A stretch of DNA of 64,000 nt from Selaginella moellendorffii. Its lineage: Eukaryota > Plantae > Lycopodiophyta. Location: contig NW_003314295.1 of assembly GCF_000143415.4 (NCBI RefSeq), positions 1,223,923-1,287,922 on the forward strand, in the 5' to 3' direction. Below are positions 23,564-33,515 of this stretch, in pieces (the stretch's first letter is position 1; each line of letters starts with the position of its first letter). A program made the translations under genes and the position numbers. The notes beneath the pieces were generated by a model. It was not told the origin of the DNA, made no database searches, and worked only from the letters and a program-made list of their open reading frames with translations.

Positions 23564-25861
23564 TCTATCACAATAAGGAGGAGTTGCTGAACTTTCTGGG
23601 CTGCCGGATCCAGCCAATCACAGCCGTCCGATGGGTGTAACTGTAAAAGGGTTATTTGTTTAACCACGTGTTAGCGAATAATCGTGCTGATGTTTGCTCC
23701 CGGCCAATGGGAGGCAGCCAAGCCGCGTGGGACGAGAGAGGAAGGTGCTGTGACACGTGGCAAATGCAAGGTGTTGACCGTTGAGCGAAGAAAGCAACAT
23801 GACAAATGTGTTCTTGCTAGGTGATTGCTGGCCGGCTATCCAGGGATGCAACAGCAATGGAGAAAATGCTGATTTTGGGGGAGTGAGCAATGGGATCAAA
23901 CTTAACACCAAGGCATTCCAGAAGGCAATCAATCACATTGGTAGCTTTGGCGAGCTGGGAGGCGCGACCCTCTACGTGCTGCAAGGGAAATGGCTCACTG
24001 GATGCTTCTTTGGAGGGGAGATTACGGCATGGCCGTGTACAGATCTTGGATCACTGTGCACCAAGGGCGTGCTTTACTCCCACTCGGTCTGTGACAAGCT
24101 CATGGCACTGGATCTCAAGCAAAACTCCTGGCACAAGATTGCCATGTTGGCCTCCAGCATTCCCTCGCAGATCCAGGACTATCTCCCCAAGCTGGTGGTT
24201 TGTAAGGGCCGGATCCTTCTCATGGGTGTCGTCTGGGCATCGAGATCGCTCGAGCAGCAGCAGCAGCCCAAGGCCACGAGGAAGATCTGGCGACTGGAGC
24301 AGGATCGATCATCCTCCTGGTGGTGGAGCGAGGTGTTGCAGCATCCAGACGCGCCGCTCGACTAGAATGCGGAGCGCTGAGTGAGGTGCTGGTGTGAGAG
24401 AGCGGCCTAAGGCACTGGCAGAGGCGCTGAGAGGAGGCACCGAGCTAGGAATGCACTAGGGTGCTCAGCAAGGCACTAAAGATTCTTATGCTCTGAACTT
24501 AACAGAAGAATTGCTTGGCATGTAGTTTCTTAGCCACTGGCATCAAAGTAGTAGCTTACATGCTTCTCATTGTGGCAGATCTGCATGGTCATTAGGATGG
24601 TAAGTTTTTTACTTTCTTTACCAGGTGAATTCATGGGTGCAAGAGATTAGGACACAAGGTGCTAAGTGTTGGAATAGGTTTTGTCTCTTGCTATGGTGAG
24701 ATTTTAGGTTATCCAAATGGCAATGCATAGTGCCATTGACAACCAATGACAAATTGTAATCATGAGGTGATATATTATGTATGTCTTTTGATGGTATCAC
24801 CAGATCAATGCTAGAGATTTGAATTCTGTTTAACAGGTTATTCTAAAGAGTGAATATTTATTTTTAAGTGAACAGCTTTCTTTTTAATCCTAAATTTATT
24901 CTATTTTATAAATTATTATAATCTTTGAATATTTAAAGTCAAAATTAACTTTTATAATTTAATTTAACTGTATTTGTAAATATAATATGAAGACTATATT
25001 TTACACAAATGGCCTGTTTAAATATCACTATAACATATGAAACCCAACACTAAGTGATGGTATATCAAATGTGGGTTGACTTAGTTTTATTAATGTGTAA
25101 GATCATGATCAAAGTTTCAAGTGTTAATACAAAAAAAATAAACAATTTCAACAATAAGAGTACATATTATATTTTTATATATAACCTTAACTATTTACAA
25201 TCTAACTCATTATCAGAAAAACTAAAATAATGTATGCAGTATTTTATTAAGCAGTAATATTTTAAAATCTTTTTCCTAACTGTAAATATAGTTTTCTTAA
25301 TATGTAATAATATGGAATTACAATTTCTATAACATATATATTTACAAAATATTTTGTTAGTAATTATTTTCTTGACTGGATTTGGGTAGTAATATTCTAA
25401 GTAAACTGTATAAATAAGTAATGTCTTGCTAATAAAAATGAGTAATAAATATTCTTAGTAATTATTCCTTTTTGTTTGATAATATCTTAATATAAGTTTT
25501 AATTATTAGTAACATATTATTAATAATAGAAATGTTTATATTTTTTGGTCTGGTATTTTTTTAAATATATTCATATTTTTAAATAATAATTTGTATCTAA
25601 TATTTTTATTAATGAATATTTATTCTTACTTATGCCTAGGAATATATTTTGTTCTAAATATTTATATTATCAAGTTTACAAGAATTGATTTTTGTGTTCA
25701 CCTAACATTTGCTGGGTATAATTCCATCAATTCTTCTTTCAAAGTGGAATATAATATTTATTTATTTGATATTATTTCAATTTTAGTTTTTAATATAACA
25801 AAACTATAATAATAAAAACAGTATTTTGCTAACTAGGCAGCATATGCTGGGCAAGTGCTAG
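23564..25861 (+). mobile_element. Non-autonomous Helitron carrying captured gene fragments
   Basis: Starts TC and ends CTAG, with palindrome CAGCATATGCTG at 25838-25849. It is inserted between A and T with no TSD; the empty site GGCA|TTACTCAAT is present in copy A at about 10298-10310. Confidence 0.92.
23781..24365 (+). CDS. Helitron-borne chimeric ORF: polygalacturonase (GH28) N-terminal fragment fused to an F-box/Kelch-associated-like fragment
   Basis: DFGGVSNGIKLNTKAFQKAI...GGATLYVLQGKWLTG (GH28 N-terminus), followed in frame by GVLY...LMALDLKQNSW...PKLVVCKGRILLMGVV...KIWRL...WSEV. Confidence 0.55.
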   Translation: MSEESNMTNVFLLGDCWPAIQGCNSNGENADFGGVSNGIKLNTKAFQKAINHIGSFGELGGATLYVLQGKWLTGCFFGGEITAWPCTDLGSLCTKGVLYSHSVCDKLMALDLKQNSWHKIAMLASSIPSQIQDYLPKLVVCKGRILLMGVVWASRSLEQQQQPKATRKIWRLEQDRSSSWWWSEVLQHPDAPLD

Positions 25862-26339
25862 TTACTCAATAATGGATTGGTTTTGGGAGCAAGGAAAGCA
25901 TTGACACAAAAATTATATTTGAACTTTCTAGAGGATGTGAAAAGCTATGTTGATTATTTTATGCCTTAAATTTTGTTTCTACTTTTAGTTATTAAAAATG
26001 AAGAATTGATTTTGTCATCTTTTATTAGCTAAGCTGCTATTAACTCTCTTAGTCTATTGTAAAGTTTTTGAGCTTGCTATCCACAAGAACACTGGAACAC
26101 TCAGACAACTGTTTCAGAACCAAAAATGTTGACAGAAAAGAGAAACAAAGTTTATAATTCTTTAAAACCACCTTTTCATACTATTTATGTTATAGCCTCT
26201 TCTCTCTTTGCCAAAATAATAAAATATAACTAAATCTCCTCCAAACATTCCACATATTCTTCTTTTTCAATAAATAAAAGTCGAAATAAATCTTAAAGCA
26301 TAAAATATAATCAACAAAGGCATCGTTTACGACATCATT

Positions 26340-26700
26340 CCTGGATTGCTGTGTCGACAAAGCCAGCATGGCTACACTCAGCGAGGATGAAGTGAAGCAA
26401 TCCCGTCTGGTTTTAAGACTTCCAGAACAAAGCCGCAAGTGACCATTCGGCAGTCCTTCGCAGTACTACATTCTCAGCACCAGTGATACTCCCGCTTTGA
26501 GTTGGCCACGGACGCAATGACTTCGTCTTTATATCTGGAGACAGTCAAGTGGATTACCTTCCCAATTGCCAGAGCTGCCAAGCTTCCACAAGCCTTCAGT
26601 TCTGCCACGACAGTTAAACTTTCGGCGGTTGAGCATAGCCGTTGAAACAGCTCGTCCGGTTCGTTGAGCTGAGCATAGCCGGCAATCAAGATAGTCCACG
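26340..26700 (-). pseudogene. PLS-class PPR relic (duplicate of 10960-11310)
   Basis: IAGYAQLNEPDELFQRL...LKACGSLAALAIGKVIH. Confidence 0.7.
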
Positions 26701-26941
26701 ATGTTGCTTCCGGGGTATTCGTTTAAAAACTTGACGAGGCTTAGACGCGACCTTTGCAGATCGACAAAGCTCTCTGTGTCTTCTTCACTCCAAACTGGAA
26801 CAGGTCTTCCAACGCAGTATCAACCGTTTGAGCGTCCAGATGACAGTTGGTGCCGTTTAGAACGAAGTCAGAGTGCATTCTAGACGACACTAATCCCACC
26901 GCTTAAATCTCTCCACTTGCTATGCAGGTTGCACCGTACTT

Positions 26942-27754
26942 TCACAAGCTCATAGTCAGATCGTCTTCCTCCTGTGCGTTTAGCACTTTAATCCTCCACT
27001 CGCTCTCTTTCTTCTCAGTCAGAGAATCGTCCACCACAACTGCCAGAGGATTCGTCACTTCGATCCGCCACCGTGGGTCCTGAAAGATCGCATTCCTGCG
27101 CTGTTTCCTTCGAGATAACATCCATCGCACTAGCAAAAAGCACAAAAGAAGCACCAAGATCGCAACCAAAACCCAGAGAAGAAGCTGGAGCAGCGACCAC
27201 GGCGTCCTCCGAGCCACTGTAACTACTGCCGCGGGTGTCGGTGTGACCACTGCTGCGTTGTGACCGTGGCGACGATGGTGGTGGTGGTGGTGGTGGTGGT
27301 GGTGGCGTCCTCCATGATGGTGACCATGGTGATGGTGGTGAACAACCAGAGGAGCTCCATCACCGTGATGATGATGGCACGGAGCTGGATCGTGGTGGCG
27401 AGCATGATCAAGGAAAGCAGGCGCTGGAGCTCGATCACCAGGGTGGTGGCCGCGAGCATGAACGAAAGCAGCTGGCGCTGGAGCCGGAACTGGAACTGGA
27501 GCGCCACCTTGAAGACCTGGAGGTAAAGCTGGCGCTGGCTCGTGGCCTCCATGAGATGCTCGATGTCCATGCGCTGCTCGATGCGCCGGAGCTGGAGCTG
27601 GAGCTGGAGCTCGCGGGTGTGAAGCTCGGTGATGGCCGCCATGCCAGGGCGCTGGAGCTCGGTGGCCAAGCGTTGGAGGCCCATGATCGCGAGAGACCAT
27701 AGCTTCTTGATGGAGAGAAGCATCCATACCTGACGAAAGTGCGCGTTCCGACAT
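26942..27754 (-). CDS. Second copy of the His/Pro-rich single-pass membrane protein, 270 aa
   Basis: Intact ORF; differs from copy A by a 9-nt deletion, a 6-nt (GGT)n expansion and point changes. Confidence 0.6.
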   Translation of the reverse strand: MSERALSSGMDASLHQEAMVSRDHGPPTLGHRAPAPWHGGHHRASHPRAPAPAPAPAHRAAHGHRASHGGHEPAPALPPGLQGGAPVPVPAPAPAAFVHARGHHPGDRAPAPAFLDHARHHDPAPCHHHHGDGAPLVVHHHHHGHHHGGRHHHHHHHHHHRRHGHNAAVVTPTPAAVVTVARRTPWSLLQLLLWVLVAILVLLLCFLLVRWMLSRRKQRRNAIFQDPRWRIEVTNPLAVVVDDSLTEKKESEWRIKVLNAQEEDDLTMSL

Positions 27755-27850
27755 CTCGAATAGAAAAATCCAAGCGAGAAAGTATAACCTAACCCTTGAC
27801 TTCGAAAAAAATAGTAAAACTTTTGCCTTTGTGTGAAAAAAAACGAACTG

Positions 27851-28220
27851 GTTGGATCCTCCCCAAAGTCATTGTCGTCGACCGGTACTGCTGGTCACCA
27901 GATCGTTGAGATTGCTCTCCTGGAGAAACGCCTTGCGCTGGAACATGAGCGTCAACCTATTTGTGAAACAATCGACTATTCAAGAAGAGTGGAAAGACAA
28001 AGTTTGTGTGAGCACATTCTTAGCTGTGCTTGAGCTTGTCCTTGAATTCCTGCTGGAACTTCTCCAAACACTGTCGAATTCCTCGAATCCGGAAAAGGAA
28101 GAGGGCGAGAAGCAGAAGCATCCAAGTTGGGAGAGGCTTCCATGAAATCAATGAGGTCTGGAAGCTCATCTTTCAGGTTTCCAAGGAGAGAGTGGAGGTC
28201 TTGATCTTGTTTGACAGGCG
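27851..28220 (-). pseudogene. Duplicated beta-tubulin tail fragment plus the 3' end of the NHL gene
   Basis: Matches 12490-12910 and retains CAGCAGTAC (QQY), which copy A lost. Confidence 0.75.
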
Positions 28221-28272
28221 CATATATTTCGGTGTGGAAATTGTCCTATGAGAAAGGTTCATACAAAACCTA

Positions 28273-29116
28273 CAAACACGATCCACACTCTTCTGGAAAG
28301 CCGCACAATCATGCGGAAGCAAAACAATTACCCAGTTGTGGCAAATGGTGCCATTGTAATACCCCTTGTGCAGTGACAAGAGGTACGTGGTCGTCCATGA
28401 TCTTGACGAGCTCACGGATCTCTCCCAGGTTTACAACCGATTCTTTGAGCTTGATTCCCATGCAAAACTCGGCCATGATGCACGCCATCACCTACATGAA
28501 TCCAGCACGGTGGCAGAGAAGCCGGTACTCCACGCTGCTCGGGATCGTGTTATTGATTTGGTGCTTGACCTCCTCCTAGACGCTATCCAGATAGATTGAG
28601 AGGATCTTGCAGTAGCGAGAGAATGGGTATTTCTTTGTGGAGCTAGAGCAGCAGCACGAGGCGATGATGATCATGCTCCTCGGATGCTTTGTAGATTCCA
28701 GTGGTGACGATGCTCCAGATGATGGATTTGAGGGCGGCTTGACTTCCTGGCTGCTTGACTCGAGGATGTTATCCACCAGGAAGTACACCCACAAATACTT
28801 TCCTGCCAAGAGGACTCTGTCCTTCTCGCTGTCCCCTTCACCCTTGGGATGCATCAAGCAAGTGTTTTTTTCTTCGCACTCTCATCAGTGATTCCGAACT
28901 TGGAGATGAACCATTCATTAAACTCTTGGCTCAGAAAAGAGAAATCCGGGTGGCAAGCAAAGGGGATGTTATTTGGAAGCAAAGTGAGGGATAACCTTTG
29001 CCCCATTATACTTTAGGTTGTTCTGGTTCTCAAAGTTATAAGTTAAGATATGTGTCACGGAGGGGATGTTGTTTGGAAGCGGAGTGAGGGACAACCTTTG
29101 CCATGAGAGACTCCAT
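28273..29116 (-). pseudogene. MTPSL pseudogene, 3'-truncated and frameshifted, with a tandem duplication of its 5' end
   Basis: [73 protein letters not shown]; the segment 28962-29058 is repeated at 29082-29162. Confidence 0.92.
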
Positions 29117-29854
29117 TTAGGTTGTTCCGTTTCTCAAAGTAATAAATTAAGATACGTGTCACCCCAGGTAATGTATAGAAATTTTCTCCATTAGATCAAC
29201 GTTCTTATCACCACGGCTTTGTGTCACACCATGGCCCGGAGATGAACGAACAAATTCGTTCACAAATTTCTCATACTTCGTGAAGTATCTGAAGTATAAA
29301 CAGTGAAGTAAGAAGGAAAAAACTATTTGTAAACCAAGGTTTGAATTCACGTTCATGCCCACACCTCTAAGTATATTCCAAGAATATTTATGATAATGAG
29401 CTAGGTTTTGTATGAACTTTTTGTTTCCTTTCTCATAGACAATTTCCACACCGAAATATGACATCTACCGGGCAATAGTGATGCTGGAGTTCCATGGGTA
29501 TGAACCACACTACGGATGTGGAGCACATTGGCTGCAAATTGAAGTGCGTCTGCGGGTGCCTACGAGTCAGCGACTGTGTATACGTTGCACTCAAGTAGTG
29601 AAGATTAAAAGGAACAGAGGGAGGTGAATAATGCATTGCATTCTTGTAGTATTATAGTCCCATGCTAGTTGGCATTAAAAATAAAAATAATGGTTGACTC
29701 GAGCAAGGTAGAGGCGACCGAGCTCAGGAGTGAGATCCATCTGCGACAAACGAAAAGATATATAAGTTTCTCAATCATTGACAAAAGAGAAAACAGTGAT
29801 GGACGCGGCATAGGAGCTTGAGAGATATCGGAAACTCACTTTCATATGGCTTGG

Positions 29855-30290
29855 ATGGCCAGCAGGAATGCCATTGAAGCTGGTCACTTGGTAATGCAAC
29901 CTTGCCAAGGGCAAGCCCGCATCTTCGATGCCTCAAGTAACTTTATAAAACTGTTTTGTATGTGATCATTCCTTTAGGTTGAGCAACTTCGGAAGCAATC
30001 CCGGTTGTGGTTTCTAGTAAAGAAAAAAGAGAAACATCTTTTGCAATCGAGAATTCATACAATTCTTCTTCAAGAGCATTACAAACGGCTGCTGGAGTGT
30101 TTGGAGCCATTCTTGAAAATTGAATGGTGTTGTGTCGTCCTCTTCTTGTGGAGCTCAATTTGGTTTTCAAGACTCTTGTGTCGCAAGGAGAAGAACACCG
30201 CGGTTGTTTATCATTCCTGAGAAACCTCAAGCGTGATGAAACCGGACCACTCGTCATCCGCGCTCAAGGCAAAATTCATTTCTTTCTTTG
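29855..30290 (+). pseudogene. Deleted copy of the histidine phosphatase/PGM-like gene
   Basis: Nucleotide matches to exons 1, 3, 4 and 7 of 2282-3367 (ATGGCCAGC..CCATTGAAGCTG, CAAACGGCTGCTGGAGTGTTTGGAG, LLCRKEKNTAVV, AAGCGTGATGAAACCGGACC) with internal deletions. Confidence 0.85.
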
Positions 30291-30339
30291 GTTTTTAGGG
30301 TTCTTCAATGTCTTTAACTGGAAAAAATATCGTCCAAAG

Positions 30340-32067
30340 ATGGCTGGAGGGCGTTGCGACGAGCGAGCGCTCGCAATGTACACGCGAATCCAAGAGGAGG
30401 GATCCATCCCCAGCCTCGGCCTCCTCTTGGCGGCGCTCAAGGTGTGTAGAAGCACCAGAAATCTCGCCATGGGTCGCAAGCTCCACGCCCACGCCATGGC
30501 CACCGGTAATCACCACGCCTCCAACACCCTCCTCGCCAATCTCCTCATCGACATGTACTCCAAGTGCGGCGCCATCGCCGACGCTTGCCATATCTTCCAC
30601 TCCATGGAATCGCGCGACCTCGTCTCGTGGACGTCGATCATCCAGGCGCTCTCTCGCGCAGGGGAGTTCGCCTTGGCCTTGGATTCCTACGCTGGATTGC
30701 TGGCCGATTCGCGGTGCCCGCCCCCCGATCGACTGGTGCTACTCGCGGCGCTCAAGGCCGTGGCGGGATTGATCGATCGCGATGGCGCTGCGAGGTGCCT
30801 GGAGAAGGTGAGAGCGATCCATGACCGCGCGGCCAGGGTCGGGGTGGAGCTGGATGGATTCGTGGTTGCGGCGCTGGTGGATTCCTACGCCAAGACCGGG
30901 AGCTTCCCGGGCGCGCTACACGTCTTGTGGAGCGCGCGGGAGATCCACGTCGTGTGCTGGACGTCGATCGTCCTGGGCGCTATCAATGCGGGCAATTCGA
31001 GGCTGGCGCTGGAGCTCTTCGAGAGGATGCGCGACGAGGGATGCCAGCCCGACTCCACCGCGCTCCTCGCGGCGATCAAGGCCTGCGCAAATCTGGCCGG
31101 CGAGGGTCAAGATCGAGAGATTAGGGTTCTTCACAAGGGACGAGCTCTCCACTCGATGGCGCTGGCCGCGAATTTGCTCGACCTCGCCGCTGCCAACACG
31201 CTGATCGACATGTACGCCAAGTGTGGCAGCCTCCGCGAGGCGATCCAGGTGTTCGAATCGATCCGGCCGGACAGGAGGAGCATCGTGTCGTGGAATTGCC
31301 TCATCCAGGGAGCCCTCCACAACGACGACCCCAAGCTCGCGCTAAATCTCTACTCGCGCTTGCGCGATTCTTCCTCCCGCGCGCCCAATCGAATCACCCA
31401 CATCGCCGCGCTGAGAGCCTGCGCGAGTTTGGGCGATCTGGATTCCGGGCGAGAGCTGGAAGCCCGGATAAGCCCTAAATGCTTTCTTCCCAGCAATGGC
31501 GATGATCCCCTCTCTCTCTCCAACGCGCTGGTGGATTTCTATGGCAAATGCGCGAGCATGGGCGATGCCGAGAGGGTCTTCTCGTCGATCCCCAGCAAGA
31601 ATCTGGTCAGCTGGACCTCGCTCATTGCGGGATACAGCCGCCAGGGCGATTCCCAGCGAGTTTTCGAGCTCTTCAGGAGGATGCAGTCGAGGGAAGAAGG
31701 AATCAAACCCGATGCGATCACGTATCTCTCGGTGTTATCGGCGTGCTGCCGATCTGGGCACGTGGATCGAGCAAAGTTTTACTTGGAGGAGATGCGATCC
31801 AAGCACGGCATCGCTCCGGGTATCGAGCATTACACTTGCATGGTGAGATTGCTGGGGCAGGCCAACCTCTTGGAGGAGGCGAGAAAGGTGGTGGAGACGA
31901 TGCCTGTGAAACCAGACATTGTGATTTGGATGGCGCTGCTGGAGTGTTGTAAGATGTGGAAGAATTTGCAAGTGGGACGGGTTGCGTTTGAGGGTGTTAT
32001 GAGAATCGATGACAAGAACGCCACGGCTTATGTCCTCATGTCTAGTATTTACGAAGAGGCTCTATAG
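30340..32067 (+). CDS. PLS-class pentatricopeptide repeat protein with E domain (probable organellar RNA editing factor), intronless, ~575 aa
   Basis: Tandem P-L-S motifs (LIDMYSKCG, DLVSWTSII, NLVSWTSLIAGY, KPDAITYLSVLSAC, EHYTCMVRLLG) and an E domain (MPVKPDIVIWMALL...AYVLMSSIY). The likely ATG is 30340; the ORF extension upstream is PGM pseudogene sequence. Confidence 0.92.
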   Translation: MAGGRCDERALAMYTRIQEEGSIPSLGLLLAALKVCRSTRNLAMGRKLHAHAMATGNHHASNTLLANLLIDMYSKCGAIADACHIFHSMESRDLVSWTSIIQALSRAGEFALALDSYAGLLADSRCPPPDRLVLLAALKAVAGLIDRDGAARCLEKVRAIHDRAARVGVELDGFVVAALVDSYAKTGSFPGALHVLWSAREIHVVCWTSIVLGAINAGNSRLALELFERMRDEGCQPDSTALLAAIKACANLAGEGQDREIRVLHKGRALHSMALAANLLDLAAANTLIDMYAKCGSLREAIQVFESIRPDRRSIVSWNCLIQGALHNDDPKLALNLYSRLRDSSSRAPNRITHIAALRACASLGDLDSGRELEARISPKCFLPSNGDDPLSLSNALVDFYGKCASMGDAERVFSSIPSKNLVSWTSLIAGYSRQGDSQRVFELFRRMQSREEGIKPDAITYLSVLSACCRSGHVDRAKFYLEEMRSKHGIAPGIEHYTCMVRLLGQANLLEEARKVVETMPVKPDIVIWMALLECCKMWKNLQVGRVAFEGVMRIDDKNATAYVLMSSIYEEAL

Positions 32068-32745
32068 ATTAAAAATGGGTGAGATTTTACACTACTTAAA
32101 GCAAGTAGCAAATGGCCGAGAATATTTTTTTTTCCCTTGCTTGCCAAGAAAAGGATTAAGCCCTAGCATTGGAAACCCTAAAACCTCTAAACATTTAAAG
32201 AAGTAATTAAATTTTTCTGCAACTATTGAAATGGTTCTTATACTCAAAACTATAAAGCCTTAATTCTTTCACAATTGCTAAATTTGGAAGATATAATTGT
32301 TATTTTTCCTATCTTATGCAAAAACGTCACTATTCAAGTGCATTTTTTTTATTTGATAAAATCGCTCACTTTTTAATTAAGAAGGAAAAACAATCTTTTT
32401 GAAGTATATTAGAATTAAACTACATAGCTTTGCTATATTACATAATTGTTTTGCCTAGCACAGTTTTCCACATTGTGAAAGTGGGATATGCCTTTAAATG
32501 CTTTATGCCACACAAATGTTGCATTAATAAACTCAAGAAATATTTATCTAGGCTAAATTGAGTTTAAATTAATGCAAAATAACATAGTTAATCATATAGT
32601 AACAAAGCTTTGAGAATGATTTTTGTAATTTTTGTGTTTATGTAAAGGAAATTAATTTTTATTATTTATATAGTTGATCAAAAATAAATTTCAAAAGAAT
32701 CACATACTTTTTAGCTTCTAAAGTCTCATCAATATAACAAATTCT

Positions 32746-32770
32746 ATATATATATATATATATATATATA
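32746..32770. repeat. (TA)n microsatellite
   Basis: Seen directly. Confidence 0.9.
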
Positions 32771-33515
32771 GGTTATTTTTTGATCTTATATAAAAGATGC
32801 ACTCTCATGACTATATGTGCCAGCTTACAAGTTGTAATAATTTTTTTGTATGTATATATATGTATTTTCTAGTGAACTTATATATATGTAATATTTTAGT
32901 GAACTTTATTAACATATAACTACAATAGTATTATTTTAATTTTTTTTTGCTAAGGATTGATTTAGATTTCATCACTTCTATTATGCAAGGATAATAATTT
33001 CTATCTAAAGTTCCTAAAATTTTTATATAAATTTTCTACAATGTAATTTTGGTAAAATATAGTTTTGGATTTGTGTATAAGAATTATTTATAGCTTTTAT
33101 TATGGTAAGCAATTTGTTAACACAGTTTTGCGGGGAAGTATACCTCCCAAGAGGGGAGGTGTACTTGGGGTGGGTGGCCTAAGAAAAAATTTTACAAGCT
33201 TGAAATATATGAAAAACAAAACACATATGTGCTTAAATTGGTATAACACATATATATAACTCATAAAATAATATTTTACACATATCAATGCATGCATTGG
33301 TGCCCACCATGTATGCATGGCAAAGTCTAGGTCAGCATTATATATACAATTTTTTGCATTGCATAAATTTCAATTCTATGTTAGGTTTTTTAACACAGTA
33401 AGGTTTAAAGCTTATATAGAGATTTGCTACTGTGGACTACACAGCAACCAAGTCATAACAATGTGCTTATTCAACTTCTACTATAAAGTTAGAAGCGTGG
33501 TCTTGACTTAATAGG

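Larger units (their letters stand above)
19998..28220. repeat. Segmental duplication copy B
   Basis: Colinear with 6370-12910; contains a Helitron insertion that copy A lacks. Confidence 0.9.

Noticed and set aside
30124-30339. Apparent N-terminal extension of the PPR ORF (phosphatase-PPR fusion)
   Set aside because: It is phosphatase pseudogene sequence read in a different frame and lacks a convincing ATG start; 30340 is the more plausible start.
30276-32024. Many alternative-frame and antisense ORFs over the PPR gene
   Set aside because: Expected shadows of a GC-rich coding region; no motifs.
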